Assembly (NCBI GenBank): GCA_030390025.1
Contig: JASTWF010000036.1
Location: forward strand, 3,598,001 to 3,662,000
Direction of reading: 5' to 3'
Source of the DNA: Squalus acanthias
Taxonomy: Eukaryota
DNA: 64,000 nt
Below are positions 1-13,649 of this stretch, piece by piece (within the stretch, counting starts at the first letter, position 1; the number at the start of each line of letters is the position of its first letter). The position numbers were made by a program, and so were the translations under genes. The notes under the pieces are model-generated. The model saw only the letters and a program-made list of their open reading frames with translations, was not told where the DNA came from and ran no database searches.

Positions 1-3000
1 AAAAACATCGAATAATAATCATGGGGGATTTCAATTACCCCGATATTAATTGGGCAGAAGAGGTAGGTAAAGGGGATAAGGGAATGGAGTTCCTACAATG
101 TGTACAGGACTCCTTTCTAACCCAAATATGTAAAAAGCCCAACAAGGGAGGATTCGCTATTGGATCTAGTAATGGGGAATGAACCAGAGCAGATAAGAGA
201 AGTAAAAGTAGGGGAACATCTAGGCAATAGTGACCATAATATAATACGCTTTAAGATGATAATTGAGACGGACATAAGTATGATGAAAACCAGGGTAATA
301 GATTGGAGAAAAGCTGATTTTGAGGGGCTGAAAATAGAACTTGGGAAAATAAAATGGGCACCAATATTGGCAAACAACGATGTAGAACAGCAATGGGACA
401 CATTTAAAACGGTGTTCAACAGAGTGCAGGAACAATATATTCAGCTAAAAGGAAAGAACAAACTAAACACTAATGAGACTCCATGGATGAATAAAGCCAT
501 AAGGGAACAATTGAGGGTAAGGAAAGAGGCATACAGTGTATTTAGACTTCCAGAAGGCATTCGACAAGGTGCCACATAAAAGATTATTGCTCAAGATAAA
601 AAATCACTGGATTGGGGGTAATATTCTGGCATGGGTGGAGGATTGGTTATCTAACAGGAAGCAGATGGTAAATGGTTCATTCTCGGACTGGCAACCAGTA
701 GCCAGTGGTGTTCCGCAGGGGTCGGTGCTGGGTCCCCAACTCTTTACAATCTATATTAACGATTTGGAGGAGGGGACCGAGTGTAACATATCAAAGTTTG
801 CAGATGATACAAAGATGGGAGGGAAAGTAGAAAGTGAGGAGGACATAAAAAACCTACAAGGGGATATAGACAGGCTGGGTGAGTGGGCGGAGATTTGGCA
901 GATGCAATACAATATTGGAAAATGTGAGGTTATGCACTTTGGCAGGAAAAACCAGAGAGCAAGTTATTATCTTAATGGCGAGAAACTGGAAAGTACTGCA
1001 GTACAAAGGGATCTGGGGGTCTTGGTGCAAGAAAATCAAAAAGTTAGTATGCAGGTGCAGCAGGTGATCAAGAAGGCCAACGGAATGTTGGCTTTTATTG
1101 CTAGGGGGATAGATTATAAAAACAGGGAGGTATTGCTGCAGTTATATAAGGTATTGGTGAGACCGCACCTGGAATACTGCATACAGTTTTGGTGTCCATA
1201 CTTAAGAAAAGACATACTTGCTCTCGAGGCAGTACAAAGAAGGTTCACTCGGTTAATCCCGGGGATGAGGGGGTGGACATATGAGGAGAGGTTGAGTAGA
1301 TTGGGACTCGACTCATTGGAGTTCAGAAGAATGAGAGGCGATCTTATTGAAACATATAAGATTGTGAAGGGGCTTGATCGGGTGGATGCGGTAAGGATGT
1401 TCCCAAGGATGGGTGAAACTAGAACTAGGGGGCATAATCTTAGAATAAGGGCCTGCTCTTTCAAAACTGAGATGAGGAGAAACTTCTTCACTCAGAGGGT
1501 AGTGGGTCTGTGGAATTTGCTGCCCCAGGAAGCTGTGAAAGCTATATCATTAAATAAATTTAAAACAGAAATAGACAGTTTCCTAGAAGTAAAGGGAATT
1601 AGGGGTTACGGGGAGCGGGCAGGAAATTGGACATGAGGCTGAGTTCGGATCGGTCAGGGCCCTGTGGGTGGCGGAGCGGGCCCAGGGGCTGAGTGGTCGG
1701 GTCCTGCTCCTACTTCTTGTGTTCTTTAGATTTGAGGTGAGGATCAGATCAGCCATGATCTTATTGAATGGCGGAGCAGGCTCGAGGGGCCGATTGGCCT
1801 ACTCCTGCTCCTATTTCTTATGTTCTTATGTTATTAAGGGATAGACATGATACTACCACAGGTAATGATAGAGAGATGGTAGAAATATTAAATAATTATT
1901 TTGCTTCAGTATTTACCAGGGAGATAGAACAGGTGGATATGACATTGGATGATGAGATGAGTAATGAGATAAGTACATTTAAATAAAAAGAGGGGCTATA
2001 TTAAATAAACTAATCAAACTCAAAGAGGATAAAACCCCTGGTCTGGATGGATTGCAGCCACGCATTTTAAAAGAATCTAGGGAAGAGATAGCAGAGGCAT
2101 TACTACACATATTTAATAATTCGTTAGAAAAAGGTGTAGTGCCAGAGGACTGGTGAATAGCTAATGTAATACCTATATTTAAGAAGGGGGATAGAACATG
2201 TCTGGGGAATTATGGACCAGTCAGCTTAACATCGGTGGTCGGAAAAATAATGGAATCCCTACTAAAGGAGAAAATAGAAGAACATCTAGAAACCAAAAAT
2301 ATAATAATGAATAGTCAGCATGGATTTCAAAAGGGAAAGTCTTGCTTGACCAACCTCATTGAATTTTTTGAAGAGGTAACAGAGAGAGTAGACAATGGTA
2401 ATACAGTAGATGTAATTTATCTAGATTTTCAAAAAGCCTTTGATAAAGTACCCCATAATAGACTGATGAACAAGGTCAGAGAATGCAGAGTCAGGGGACA
2501 AGTAGCAGAATGGATTGCTAGCTGGCTTCAAGACAGAAAGCAGAGAGTAGGAGTAAAGGATAGTTATTCACAGTGGCAGAAGGTGGGTAGTGGTGTTCCA
2601 CAAGGATCAGTGCTGGGACCACTGTTGTTCACAATTTACAGTAACGATTTAGACTGAGGAATCAAAAACACAATTTCTAAATTTGCGGATGACACCAAAT
2701 TGGGGGGGATAGTCAGTACTGAGGAGGACTGCAACAAATTACAGGAGGACATTAATAAACTTTTGCAGAATGAGCATATAATTGGCAAATGAATTTCAAC
2801 ACAGATAAATGTGAGGTATTACATTTTGGTAGGAAGAATAGGGAGGTCACTTATTACTTGGAGGGTGCGAGTCTAGGTGGGGTAGAGGAACAAAGGGATC
2901 TCGGAGTACAAATACACAAATCATTAAAAGTTGCGACACAGGTTAGCAAGGCCATAAAAAAAGCAAGCCAAGCACTAGGGTTTATTTCTAGAGGGATAGA

Positions 3001-3610
3001 ATTGAAAAGTAGGGAAGTTATGCTAAACCTGTATCGAACCTTGGTTAGACCACACTTGGAGTACTGTGTACAGTTCTGGTCGCCATATTATAAAAAGGAT
3101 ATAGAGGCACTGGAGAGGGTGCAGAGAAGATTTACAAGGATGATACCAGAAATGCGAGGGTATATATATCAGGAAAGGATGAACAGGCTGGGTCTCTTTT
3201 CTCTTGAATAAAGAAGGCTGAGGGGTGACCTAATAGTGGTCTTTAAAATTATGAAAGGTTTTGATAGAGTGGATACAGAGAGAGTGTTTCCACTTGTGGG
3301 GAAGAGCAAAACTAGAGGCCATCAACATAAAATAGTCACCAAGAAATCAAATAGGGAATTCAGAAGAAACTTCTTTACCCAAAGAGTGGTGAGAATGTGG
3401 AACTCGCTACCACAGGGAGTGGTTGAAGCGAATAGTATAGATACATTTAAGGGGAGGCTAGACAAGCATATGAGGGAGAAGGGAATAGAAGGTTACGCTG
3501 ATAGATTTAGATGAGGAAAGACGGGAGGAGGCTCGAGTGGAGCATAAACGCCGGCATGGACTGGTTGGGCCGAATGGCCTATTTCTGTGCCATATATCCT
3601 ATGTAATCCG
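1..3610 (+). mobile_element. Decayed CR1 LINE (endonuclease to RT to 3' UTR), interrupted by a younger CR1 at ~532-1832
   Basis: ORF pieces HLGNSDHN (endonuclease), [46 protein letters not shown]. Contains stops and frameshifts, and a CR1 3' tail at ~3560-3610. Confidence 0.9.
532..1832 (+). mobile_element. Young 5'-truncated CR1 with uninterrupted 366-aa RT C-terminal ORF (536-1636) and a doubled 3' UTR
   Basis: [23 protein letters not shown] and KFADDTK motifs; tail tttcttatgttcttatg. Confidence 0.93.
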
Positions 3611-3857
3611 ATGCAATCAACATGACTGCTAAACGTTTAATGGAAGTTATGGGACTCACACACACCTGACTGGATAAATACATGCCTGTTATAGAACTAA
3701 ATCATACTGACCGGCTTCAATCTGTGCCGAGTTTACCTGGGCTGTGGTAAGGGGTCTATAAATGGCTTGGGATAATGGAGGGGGAAACCAGCAAGAGTCT
3801 CCTGCTCCTGGTCACTGTCCAGCTGGCAAGTCCGTATGTGCGGATGTCCGGTGAGTG

Positions 3858-4380
3858 CAACAACAACAACAACAACCTGTATTTATATAGCACCTTTAAC
3901 GTAGTAAAATGTCCCAAGGCGCAAAAGAAGAAATTAGGGCAGATGACCAAAAGCTTGGTCAAAGAGGTAGGTTTTAAGGAGCGTCTTAAAGGAGGAAAGA
4001 GAGGTGGAGAGGTTTAGGGAGGGAATTCCAGAGCTTAGGGCCTAGGCAACAGAAGGCACGGTCACCAACGGTGGAGCGATTATAATCAGGGATGCTCAAG
4101 AGGCCAGAATTGGAGGAGCGCAGATATCTCGGGGGGGTTGTGGGGCTGGAGGAGATTACAGAGATAGGAAGGGGCGAGGCCATGGAGGGATTTGAAAACA
4201 AGGATGAGAATTTTGAAATTGAGGCGTTGCTTAACCGGGAGCCAATGTAGGTCAGCGAGCACAGGGGTGATGGGTGAACGGGACTTGGTGCGAGTTAGGA
4301 CACGGGCAGCCGAGTTTTGGACGACTTCAAGTGTACGTAGGGTGGAATGTGGGAGGCCAGCCAGGAGTGCGTTGGAATAG
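3858..4380 (-). mobile_element. L2-clade LINE 3' fragment with (AAC)n tail, inserted into a SINE
   Basis: ORF DYSNALLAGLP..QNSAARVLT..ITPVLADLHWLPVKQR, typical of the L2 RT C-terminus. SINE sequence at ~3700-3857 resumes at 4381. Confidence 0.85.
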
Positions 4381-4689
4381 TCAGGATTGGACTTGGCTGT
4401 GATGCCTCTTAGACTCACTGTCTGGGCTAATATATAAAGTGTAGGCACACGGGTGAGATACTGGATGGCAGCCTAGCACTTGTAGACTATAGCCCAGCAG
4501 GCTCAGTGCCTGAGGGTAGGGGGAGTGCATACATGTGGCATTTCTTTTATGAGTTTCTCCACAGCATTTAATTTTAGATATCAATTAGTATTACAGAAGT
4601 AATAGGAACAGCAACAACAATTTAATTTCTGAGGTGGTGGGGGGGTGATTGAATTAAAGTAGATGTGTATGTGTTGTTGAAGAGAGATA

Positions 4690-7600
4690 GCAACAATAAC
4701 TTGTATTGATACAGCATCTCTAACGTGGTAAAACGTCCCAAGGTGCTTCACAGGAGCGTTATCAAACAAAAATATATCCAAGTTTGCTGATGATACAAAG
4801 CTGGGTGGGAATGTAAGTTACAAGGAGGCATCAAGGGGATATAGACAGGCTATGTGAGTGGGCAAGAACATGGCAAATGGAATATAATGTGGAGAAATGT
4901 GAAATGTGAAGTTATCCACTTTGGTAGGAAAAATAGAAAAGCAGAGTATTTTTAAATGGTGGGAGATTAGGAAATGTTGGTGTTCAGAGGGACCTGGGTG
5001 TCCTTGTACACAAATTACTGAAAGTTAACATGCAGGTACAGCAAGCAATTAGTAAAGCAAATGGTATGTTGGCCAATATTACAAGAGGATTTGAGTATAA
5101 GAGTAAAGACGTATTACTGCAATTATATAGGGCCCTGGTGAGACCACACCTGGAGTATTGAGGGAGTGCAACGAAGGTTCACCAGACTGGTTCCTGGGAT
5201 GGGGGGGATTGTCCTATGAGGAGAGATTGAGTAGACTAGGCCTATATTCTCTAGAGTTTAGAAGAATGAGAGGTGATCTCATTGAAACATACAAAATTCG
5301 TTGAGTATATTCAAGACAGAGATCGATAGATGTGTGGGCATTAAGGGAATCAAGGGATATGGGGATAGTGCAGGAAAGTGGAATTGAGGTAGAAGATCAG
5401 CCATGATCTTCTTGAATGGCGGAGCAGGCTCAAGGGGCCAAATGGCCGACTCCTGCTCCTATTTCTTATGTTCTTATGTAAAGATTTTGACACTGAGCCA
5501 CATGAGGCGACATTAGGACAGTGGGGGCGGAGGGGGGGGGGGGGGTGCATGGGGGAGGGTTCAGGTGAGGGGAAATTTAGAAAGTTAAAGAGAAAGGACA
5601 AGGCAATAGTGCAGGGTAGCGATAGGGGTAACGATAACCAGAGTGTGACAGGAAGGGACAGAGCGTACAAGCATAAGAGTGCACCAACAAATAGGGTCAG
5701 AGTAGGGAAAAATGGTAAAAAGACAAAATTAAAGGCTCTTTATCTGAATGCACGCAGCATTCATAACAAGATAGATGAATTGACGGCACAAATAGAAATA
5801 AATGTGTATGATCTGATAGTCATTACAGAGACGTGGCTGCAAGGTGACCAAGGCTGGGAACTGAATATTATGGGGTATTTGACATTTCGGAAGGATCGGC
5901 AGAAAGGAAAAGGACGTGGGGTAGCTCTGTTAATAAAGGATGAGATCAGAACAGCAGTGAGAAATGATATTGGCTCAGAAGATCAAGATGTAGAATCAGT
6001 TTGGGTGGAGATAAGAAATAATAAGAGAAAGAAGTCACTGGTGGGAATTGTTTATAGGCCCTCCTAACAGTAGCTACACTGTAGGACAGAGTATAAATCA
6101 AGAAATAATGGGGGCTTGTAAGAAAGGTACTGCAATAATCATGGGCGATTTTAATCTTCATATAGATTGGACAAATCAAATTGGCAAAGGTAGACTTGGT
6201 AATGTGTAATGAGACAGGATTAATTCATGATCTCATAGTAAAGGATCCTCTAGGGATGAGTGATCATAACATGATAGAATTTCATATTCAGTTTGAGGGT
6301 GAGAAACTTGGGTCTGAAACTAGTGTCTTAAACTTAAATAAAGGCAATTACAAGGGTATGAAGACAGAGTTGGCTAAAGTGGACTGGGAAAATAGATTAA
6401 AAGGTAAGACGGTAGATAAGCAATGACAGACTTTTAAGGAGATATATCATAACTCTCAACAACGATATATTCCAGTGAGAAAGAAAGACTCTACGAGAAG
6501 GATGAACCATCCATGGCTTACTAAGGACGTTAAGGAGGGTATCAAATTGAAAGAAAAGGCATACAATGTTGCAAAGATTAATGGTAGGCCAGAAGATTGG
6601 GAAAATTTTTAAAACTTGCAAAGGATGATTAAAAAAATAATAAAGAGGGAGAAAATAGATTATGAGAGTAAACTAGCAAGAAATATAAAAACAGACAGTA
6701 AGAGCTACTACAAGTACATAATAAGGAAGAGAGTAACTAAAGTAAGCGTTGGTCCCTTAGAGGATGAGACTGGGGAATTAATAATGGGAAACAAGGAAAT
6801 GGCATAGACTTTGAACAAATATTTTATATCTGTCTTCACGGTGGAAGACACTAAAAGCATCCCAATAATAGTGGAAAATCAAGGGGTAAAAGGGAGGGAG
6901 GAACATAAATGGTTCATTTGCAGGTTGGCAATCTGTAACTAATGGGGTGTCACAGGGATCAGTGCTGAGGCCTCAACTATTTACAATCTATATTAATGAC
7001 TTGGATGAAGGGACCGAGTGTACTGTAGCCAAATTTGCTGATGATACAAAGATAGGTGGGAAAGCAAGTTGTGAGGGGGACACAAAGAGTCTGCAAAGGG
7101 ATATAGATAGGTTAAGTGAGTGGGCAAAAATTTGGCAGATGGAGTATAATGTGGGAAAATGTGAGGTTATCCACTTTGGTAGGAAGAATAGAAAAGCAAA
7201 ATATTATTTCAATGGAGAGAGACTACAGAATGCTGCGGTACAAAGGGATCTGGGTGGCCTCGTACATGAAACACAAAAAGTTAGCATGCAGGTACAGCAA
7301 GTAATTAGAAAGGCAAATGGAATGTTGACATTTATTGCAAGGGGAATGGAGTATAAAAGTAGGGAAGTCTTGCTACAACTGTACAGAGCTTTGGTGAGAC
7401 CACACCTGGAGTACTGCGTACAGTTTTGGTCTCCTTATTTAAGGAGGGATATACTTGCATTGGAGGCAGTTCAGAGAAGGTTCACGAGGTTGATTCCGGA
7501 GATGAAGGGGTTTTCTTATGAGGAAAGGTTGAGCAGGTTGGGCCTATACTCATGGAGTTTAGAAGAATGAGAGGTGATCTTATTGAAACATATAAGATTT

Positions 7601-8165
7601 TGAGGGGGCTTGACAGGGTGGATGCTGAGAGGATGTTTCCCCTCGTGGGGGAATCTAGAACTAGGGGGCATAGTTTCAGAATAAGGGGAAACCCTTTTAA
7701 GACAGAGGTGAGGAGGAATTTCTTCTCTCAGAGGGTCGTGAATCTTTGGAATTCTCTATCCCAGAGAGCTGTGGAGGTGGAGTCATTGGATATATTCAAA
7801 GCGGAGATTGACAGATTTTTGAACTACAGGGGAGTCAAGGATTATGGGGAACAGGCAGAAAAGTGGAGTTGAGGCCAAGATCAGATCAGCCATGATCTTA
7901 TTGAATGGCGGAGCAGGCCCGAGGGGCCGAATGGCCGACTCCTGCCCTTATTTCTTATGTTCTTATGACAGGTGACCAAAAGCTTGGTCAAAGAGGTAGG
8001 TTTTAAGGAACGTCTTAAAGGTGGAGAGAGAGGTAGAGAGGCGGAGAGGTTTAGGGAGGGAATTCCAGAGCTTAGAGCCCAGGCAAATGAAGGCACAGCT
8101 GCTAATGGTGGAGCGATGAAAATTGAGGATGTGCAAGAGGCCAGAATTGGAGGAGTGCAGAGACT
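4690..8165. mobile_element. Nested cluster: minus-strand L2 3' end split by two plus-strand CR1 copies (~4770-5480 and 5522-7966)
   Basis: L2 pieces at 4690-4775, 5481-5521 and 7967-8165 are collinear. The second CR1 carries endonuclease (LYLNARSI, ITETWL) and RT motifs and is flanked by a gacag duplication (5517-5521 / 7967-7971). Confidence 0.85.
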
Positions 8166-8706
8166 GGCCTCCTTATGAACTATAACGAACTTAGCTTGTG
8201 ATAAATGGATTGAATGAGGGGGGAGTATGTATGGGACGAGCAACCAGAGCCCCGTGAATTGCCACTATTTCATTACTTAATGACAGAGAACATGAATGGG
8301 ACTGGTATAAAACACACCTCACCAGTCATTGCATCAGTCTGCTTCTTCTTGTTCACTTCAAACTTATTGTGTCATTTGGATATCAATCCCAGAAGGTAGC
8401 TGGGGTTTACTGAGTGCATTTATGCCTAATTGAGCCCAGGGGACAATTTCCAACTGGCATGTCAAGTTTGAGCAAGGCATGTAGGGAACCACGATAGCTG
8501 CTTTCACTCAGAGGGGTACATGTGTCATTGCTTCCACAGCACATCCGGTAGCAGCCCCAGTGTAAACAGCGATCAACAGCACTACAACCTTTAAGGCCAA
8601 TGCAAAAGCAGCTTACAGCAGATATGGGCAGCCTCACATCACTTTGGCTAAAGTATAACTCCAACCAGTGCGAGCGAACTTTAGAATGCAGACTGACACT
8701 TCCAGT

Positions 8707-10800
8707 CCAGTACTGAGGGAGCGCTGCACTGTCGGAGGGGCAGTACCGAGGGAGCGCCGCATTGTCGGAGGGGCAGTACTGAGGGAGCGCCGCACTGTCG
8801 GAGGGGCAGTACTGAGGGAGCGTCGCACTGTCGGAGGGGCAGTACTGAGGGAGCGTCGCACTGTCGGAGGGGCAGTACTGAGGGAGCGCCGCACTGTCGG
8901 AGGGGCGGTACTGAGGGAGTGCTGCACTGTCGGACGGGCAGTACCGAGGGAGCGCTGCACTGTCGGAGGGGCAGTACTGAGGGAGCGCCGCACTGTCGGA
9001 GGGGCAGTACTGAGGGAGCGTCGCACTGGCGGAGGGGCAGTACTGAGGGAGCGCCGCACTGTCGGAGGGGCAGTACTGAGGGAGTGCCGCACTGTCGGAG
9101 GGTCAGTACTGAGGGAGTGCTGCACTGTCGGAGGGGCAGTACTGAGAGAGTGCCGCACTGTCGGAAGGGCAGTACTGAGAGAGTGCAGCACTGTCGGAGG
9201 GGCAGTACTGAGAGAGTGCCGCACTGTCAGAGGGGCAGTACTGAGAGAGTGCCGCACTGTCGGAGGGGCAGTACTGAGAGAGTGCCGCACTGTCGGAGGG
9301 GCAGTACTGAGAGAGTGCCGCACTGTCGGAGGGGCAGTACTGAGAGAGTGCTGCACTATCGGAGGGGCAGTACTGAAGGAGTGCCGCACTGTTGGAGGGG
9401 CAGTACTGAGAGAGTGCTGCACTGTCGGAGGGGCAGTACTGAGGGAGTGCTGCACTGTCGGAGGGGCAGTACTGAGGGAGCGCCGCACTGTCGGAGGGGC
9501 AGTACTGAGGGAGTGCTGCACTGTCGGAGGGGCAGTACTGAGGGAGCGCCGCACTGTTGGAGGGGCAGTACTGAGGGAGCGCTGCACTGTCGGAGGGGCA
9601 GTACTGAGGGAGCGCCGCACTGTCAGAGGGGCAGTACTGAGGGAGTGCTGCACTGTCAGAGGGTCAGTACTGAGGGAGCGCCGCACTGTCGGAGGGTCAG
9701 TACTGAGGGAGTGCTGCACTGTCAGAGGGGCAGTACTGAGGGAGCGCTGCACTGTCAAAGGGGCATTACTGAGGGAGCGCTGCACTGTCAGAGGGGCAGT
9801 ACTGAGGGAGTGCTGCACTGTCGGAGGGGCAGTACTGAAGGAGCGCCGCACTGTCGGAGGGTCAGCACTGAGGGAGTGCTGCACTGTCGGAGGGGCAGTA
9901 CTGAGGGAGTGCTGCACTGTCGGAGGGGCAGTACTGAGGGAGTGCTGCACTGTTGGAGGGGCAGTACTGAGGGAGTGCTGCACTGTCAGAGGGTCAGTAA
10001 TGAGGGAGTGCTACACTGTCGGAGGGGCAGAACTGAGGGAGCGCTGCACTGTCAGAGGGTCAGTACTGAGGGAGCACTGCACTGTCGGAGGGGCAGTACT
10101 GAGGGAGTGTTGCATTGTCGGAGGGGCAGTACTGAGGGAGCACTGCACTGTCGGAGGGGCAGTACTGAGGGAGTGTTGCATTGTCGGAGGGGCAGTACTG
10201 AGGGAGCACTGCACTGTCAGAGGGTCACTACTGAGGGAGTGCTGCACTGTCAGAGGGTCAATACTGAGGGAGTGTTGCATTGTCGGAGGGGCAGTACTGA
10301 GGGAGCACTGCACTGTCGGAGGGGCAGTACTGAAGGAGCGCCACACTGTCGGAGGGGCAGTACTGAGGGAGTGCTACACTGTCGGAGGAGCAGTACTGAG
10401 GGAGCGCTGCACTGTCAGAGGGTCAGTACTGAGATAGCACTGCACTGTCGGAGGGGCAGTACTGAGGGAGTGTTGCATTGTCGGAGGGGCAGTACTGAGG
10501 GAGCACTGCACTGTCGGAGGGGCAGTACTGAGGGAGTGTTGCATTGTCGGAGGGGCAGTACTGAGGGAGTGCTGCACTGTCAGAGGGTCAGTACTGAGGG
10601 AGCGCCGCACTGTCGGAGGGGCTGTACTGAGGGAGCGCCGCACTGTCGGAGGGGCGGTAGTGAGGGAGCGCCGCACTGTCGGAGGGGCAGTACTGAGGGA
10701 GCGCCGCACTGTCGGAGGGGCAGTACTGAGGGAGCGCAGCACTGTCGGAGGGGCGGTACTGAGGGAGTACTGCACTGTCGGAGGGGCAGTACTGAGGGAG
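8707..10800 (+). repeat. 33-bp minisatellite (~63 copies), unit cagtactgagggagcgctgcactgtcggagggg, expanded inside a Deu-domain SINE
   Basis: The unit matches the SINE body. SINE sequence precedes the array (gactgacacttccagt) and resumes at 10801 (agacgttaaaccgaggcccc) up to its tail near 11100. Confidence 0.95.
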
Positions 10801-11484
10801 AGACGTTAAACCGAGGCCCCGTCTGCCCGCTCAGGTGGACATAAAAGATCCCACGGCACTATTTCGAAGAAGAGCAAGCGAGTTCTCCCCAGTGTCCTTG
10901 ACCAATATTTATCCCTCAACCAACATCACTAAAAACAGATGATCTGCTGTTTGTGGGATCTTGCTGTGTGCAAATTGGCTGCCGCGTTTCCTACATTACA
11001 ACAGGGACTACACTTCAAAAAGCACTTCATTGGATGTAAAGTGCTCTGGGATGTCCTGAGGTCATTTAAGGTGCTGTAGAAATGCAAGTTTTTTCTTTTA
11101 AAAACATTGCCGGTGCAACTGACCTTTTTTCTCTGTTGTAAAGTCGGTAGAGAGCTGGTTGGCTCATCAGCTCCTTGTTAACAACAACATTTCACCAATG
11201 AAATTTAGGCGCCAACGAGCGGACCACTGTCCTTGCATGTGCAGAGCTATGTTTTCGCTAACTAGCTAGTGATGCGGAGCCAGCGGTATAACTGGGATTT
11301 ACTGGCTCCGCAGCATTCTGAGCCATCACTGATCCCAGGCCGGCTGTGGTATAATTGTGCTCCGGTTATTCTGCTGCTTTGATGCTGTTCTGAGGATGAG
11401 CGAAGTCACCTTCAGAATGTTCGATTTTACCTCAGTTTTGTGAAATTTGCCGTGGAAAATCCTTGGAATCAGTTCGTCTGAAGG

Positions 11485-11948
11485 AGAGACTTGCATTTCT
11501 CCAGCGCCTTTCATGACCTCAGGAAAGCCCAAAGCTCTTCACAGCCAATGAAGTACTGTCGAAGTGTAGTCACTGTTGTAATGTGGGAAACGCGGCAGCC
11601 AATTTGCGCACAGCAAGCTCCCACAAACAGCAATGTGATAATGACCAGATCATCTGTTTTTTAGTGATGTTGATTGAGGGATAAATATTGGCCGGGACAC
11701 CGGGGAGAACTCCCCTGCTCTTCTTCGAAATAGTGCCCTGGGATCTTTTACGTCCACCTGAGAGAGCAGACGGGGCCTCGGGTTAATGTCTTCATCTGAG
11801 AAACAGCACCTCCGACGGTGCAGCACTCCCTCAGCACTGCACTGGGAGCGTCAGCCTAGATTTTGTGCTCAAATCTATGGAGTGGGACTCTGATCCTACG
11901 ACCTCCTGGTTCAGAGCTGGGAGCGCTGCCCCCTGAGCCACGGCTGAG
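11485..11948 (-). mobile_element. tRNA-derived Deu-domain SINE (SacSINE1-like), near full length
   Basis: tRNA-like head (ggctcag...gttc), central ...aacccgaggcccc...gtaaaagatccc...gcactatttcgaag...gtgtcc(c)ggccaatatttatccc, L2-like tail. Confidence 0.8.
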
Positions 11949-12437
11949 GAGTGGAATTTTAACGGAAACTGCTGGCTGCTTCCTCCCATTAATCATCGTG
12001 ACATAACACTTAGCGGCTTTCTTGTGTGGTTTGTTAAAATGAGGAATAATAAAGCAAGAGAACAGAGCATCCCTTGGGGATGACTGAAAGCTTTTCAGTC
12101 GAAACAGAATCCCTCAAGTGGATAGCTCGCTGTAAAGTACCGATTCTCAGAAAAGCGAATTGTTAATAAAATGACTGTAGAACCCCCCCCCCCGCTATCG
12201 CTTCGCAGACATCAGCTGGTGTCCCAACCACAGCCCGTGGTCCCAGTAGGACCTGTGAAACTCCAGCAACTCAGTTTCTTTTTGCAGTTGCGCTTGCATG
12301 CGTTAATCCATTGGCTTCTCTTGTGTCAATTGGTGAGCCTGGAGGTTTGGGAAGGTCAGTGGAGTTCGCAAGTTTTGAGTACGTGCTCGACATCACCCAA
12401 ATACCAAGATCTGTGAGTATCGGCAGCTTTAGGTACT

Positions 12438-12720
12438 GTACAACAACAACAACTCGCATTTATCGAGCGCCTTTAGCGTCGCAAAACTTTCATTGGCGCG
12501 TCACAGGAGCGATTATCAGACAAAATTTGACACCGAGCCACATAAGGAGACATTAGGACAGATGACCAAAAGCTTGGTCAAAGAGGGAGGTTTTAAGGAG
12601 CGTCTTAAAGGAGGAGGGAGCGGTAGAGAGGCGGAGAGGTTTAGGGAGGGAATTCCAGAGCTTAGGGCCTCGGCAGCTGAAGGCACGGCCACCAATGGTG
12701 GAGCGATTATAATCAGGAGA
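12438..12720 (-). mobile_element. L2 3' fragment with (AAC)n tail
   Basis: Same sequence family as 3858-4380 and 31510-31852. Confidence 0.8.
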
Positions 12721-13482
12721 TTTACTATTTAGTTTCGATTGCTACTGACTGTCTGGTTTGGGAGCTGCTCCCTTCTGTAACGCATTTTATGAAGTGATTG
12801 CTCTGACAGGCTACATGTCGATGGTTACATTAGTCTGACCAATGACACACACACCACAAGATCAGCAACATGGAGCTGGCCACAGCGTGACTTGAAGTCC
12901 GCTCTACTGTAGCTCGTTTAACACATGTCCTTTCTGCACCACTGCACCAGCCCCCACGCAAACACTTCGATACGAATCAACACTTAACATTCCAGTCACT
13001 GGTCACTATGGCCTTCTGTAGCACTCTGCTACTTTAATTAACTATAAAAAGAAGGGTGCATTTAAATTGCTGTCTGTGCCCATCACAAACCATCTAAAAC
13101 ATGAAGCTGCAGCTTCTTTCAGTGCCAGTAAGACTGCAGATGGCCCTTTTGGTGGACTATCACTTTAACAGCCTGCACTGAACGGGTTAACACACCTGCT
13201 GCTGCATGTGTGGATTCGGCGCCATTTGATGCACCAGTTTTTATTGCCCTCTAATTTTTCCAGCTCATTACTTTCGAATTGAACACTGCTCTGGATAAAC
13301 AGATTACAACAAATTGTAATTGCTGGAACACTATCTAATTACCAATTGAAATCTATCCTCCTCTCTGTACATCCATGCAAGGCGGCACTGATTGTATCAT
13401 TTAAATTTCTATCAACAGTTCCTTTCGCGATTAGTGCACATGGACGTGCGGTGGCGTAGGCCTTGATGGCCTGCAGTTTGCG

Positions 13483-13496
13483 GTTTCCATGGCGAC
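13483..13496. promoter_or_regulatory. RFX X-box-like motif GTTTCCATGGCGAC in a CpG-rich non-repeat patch
   Basis: Close match to GTTnCCATGGnAAC, with a second half-site GTTGCC ~10 bp downstream. CpGs are locally abundant at 13420-13560. Confidence 0.35.
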
Positions 13497-13649
13497 GCGG
13501 CTCTGGTTGCCGTGGGCTGCGAACAGCAACAAGCTTTGAAGATTAATGAGGCGTGCTTCGCAATTTTATTCCTCTCAGAATCAAATCTAATTCTGCTTTC
13601 TCCCAGCCACAGTGAGACTCGCAACTTGATGTCAAGTGACAAGGCCTTT

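Noticed and set aside
8634..10844. Long ORFs of 449, 589 and 641 aa
   Set aside because: Artefacts of a 33-bp (multiple of 3) SINE-derived tandem unit, open in several frames on both strands.
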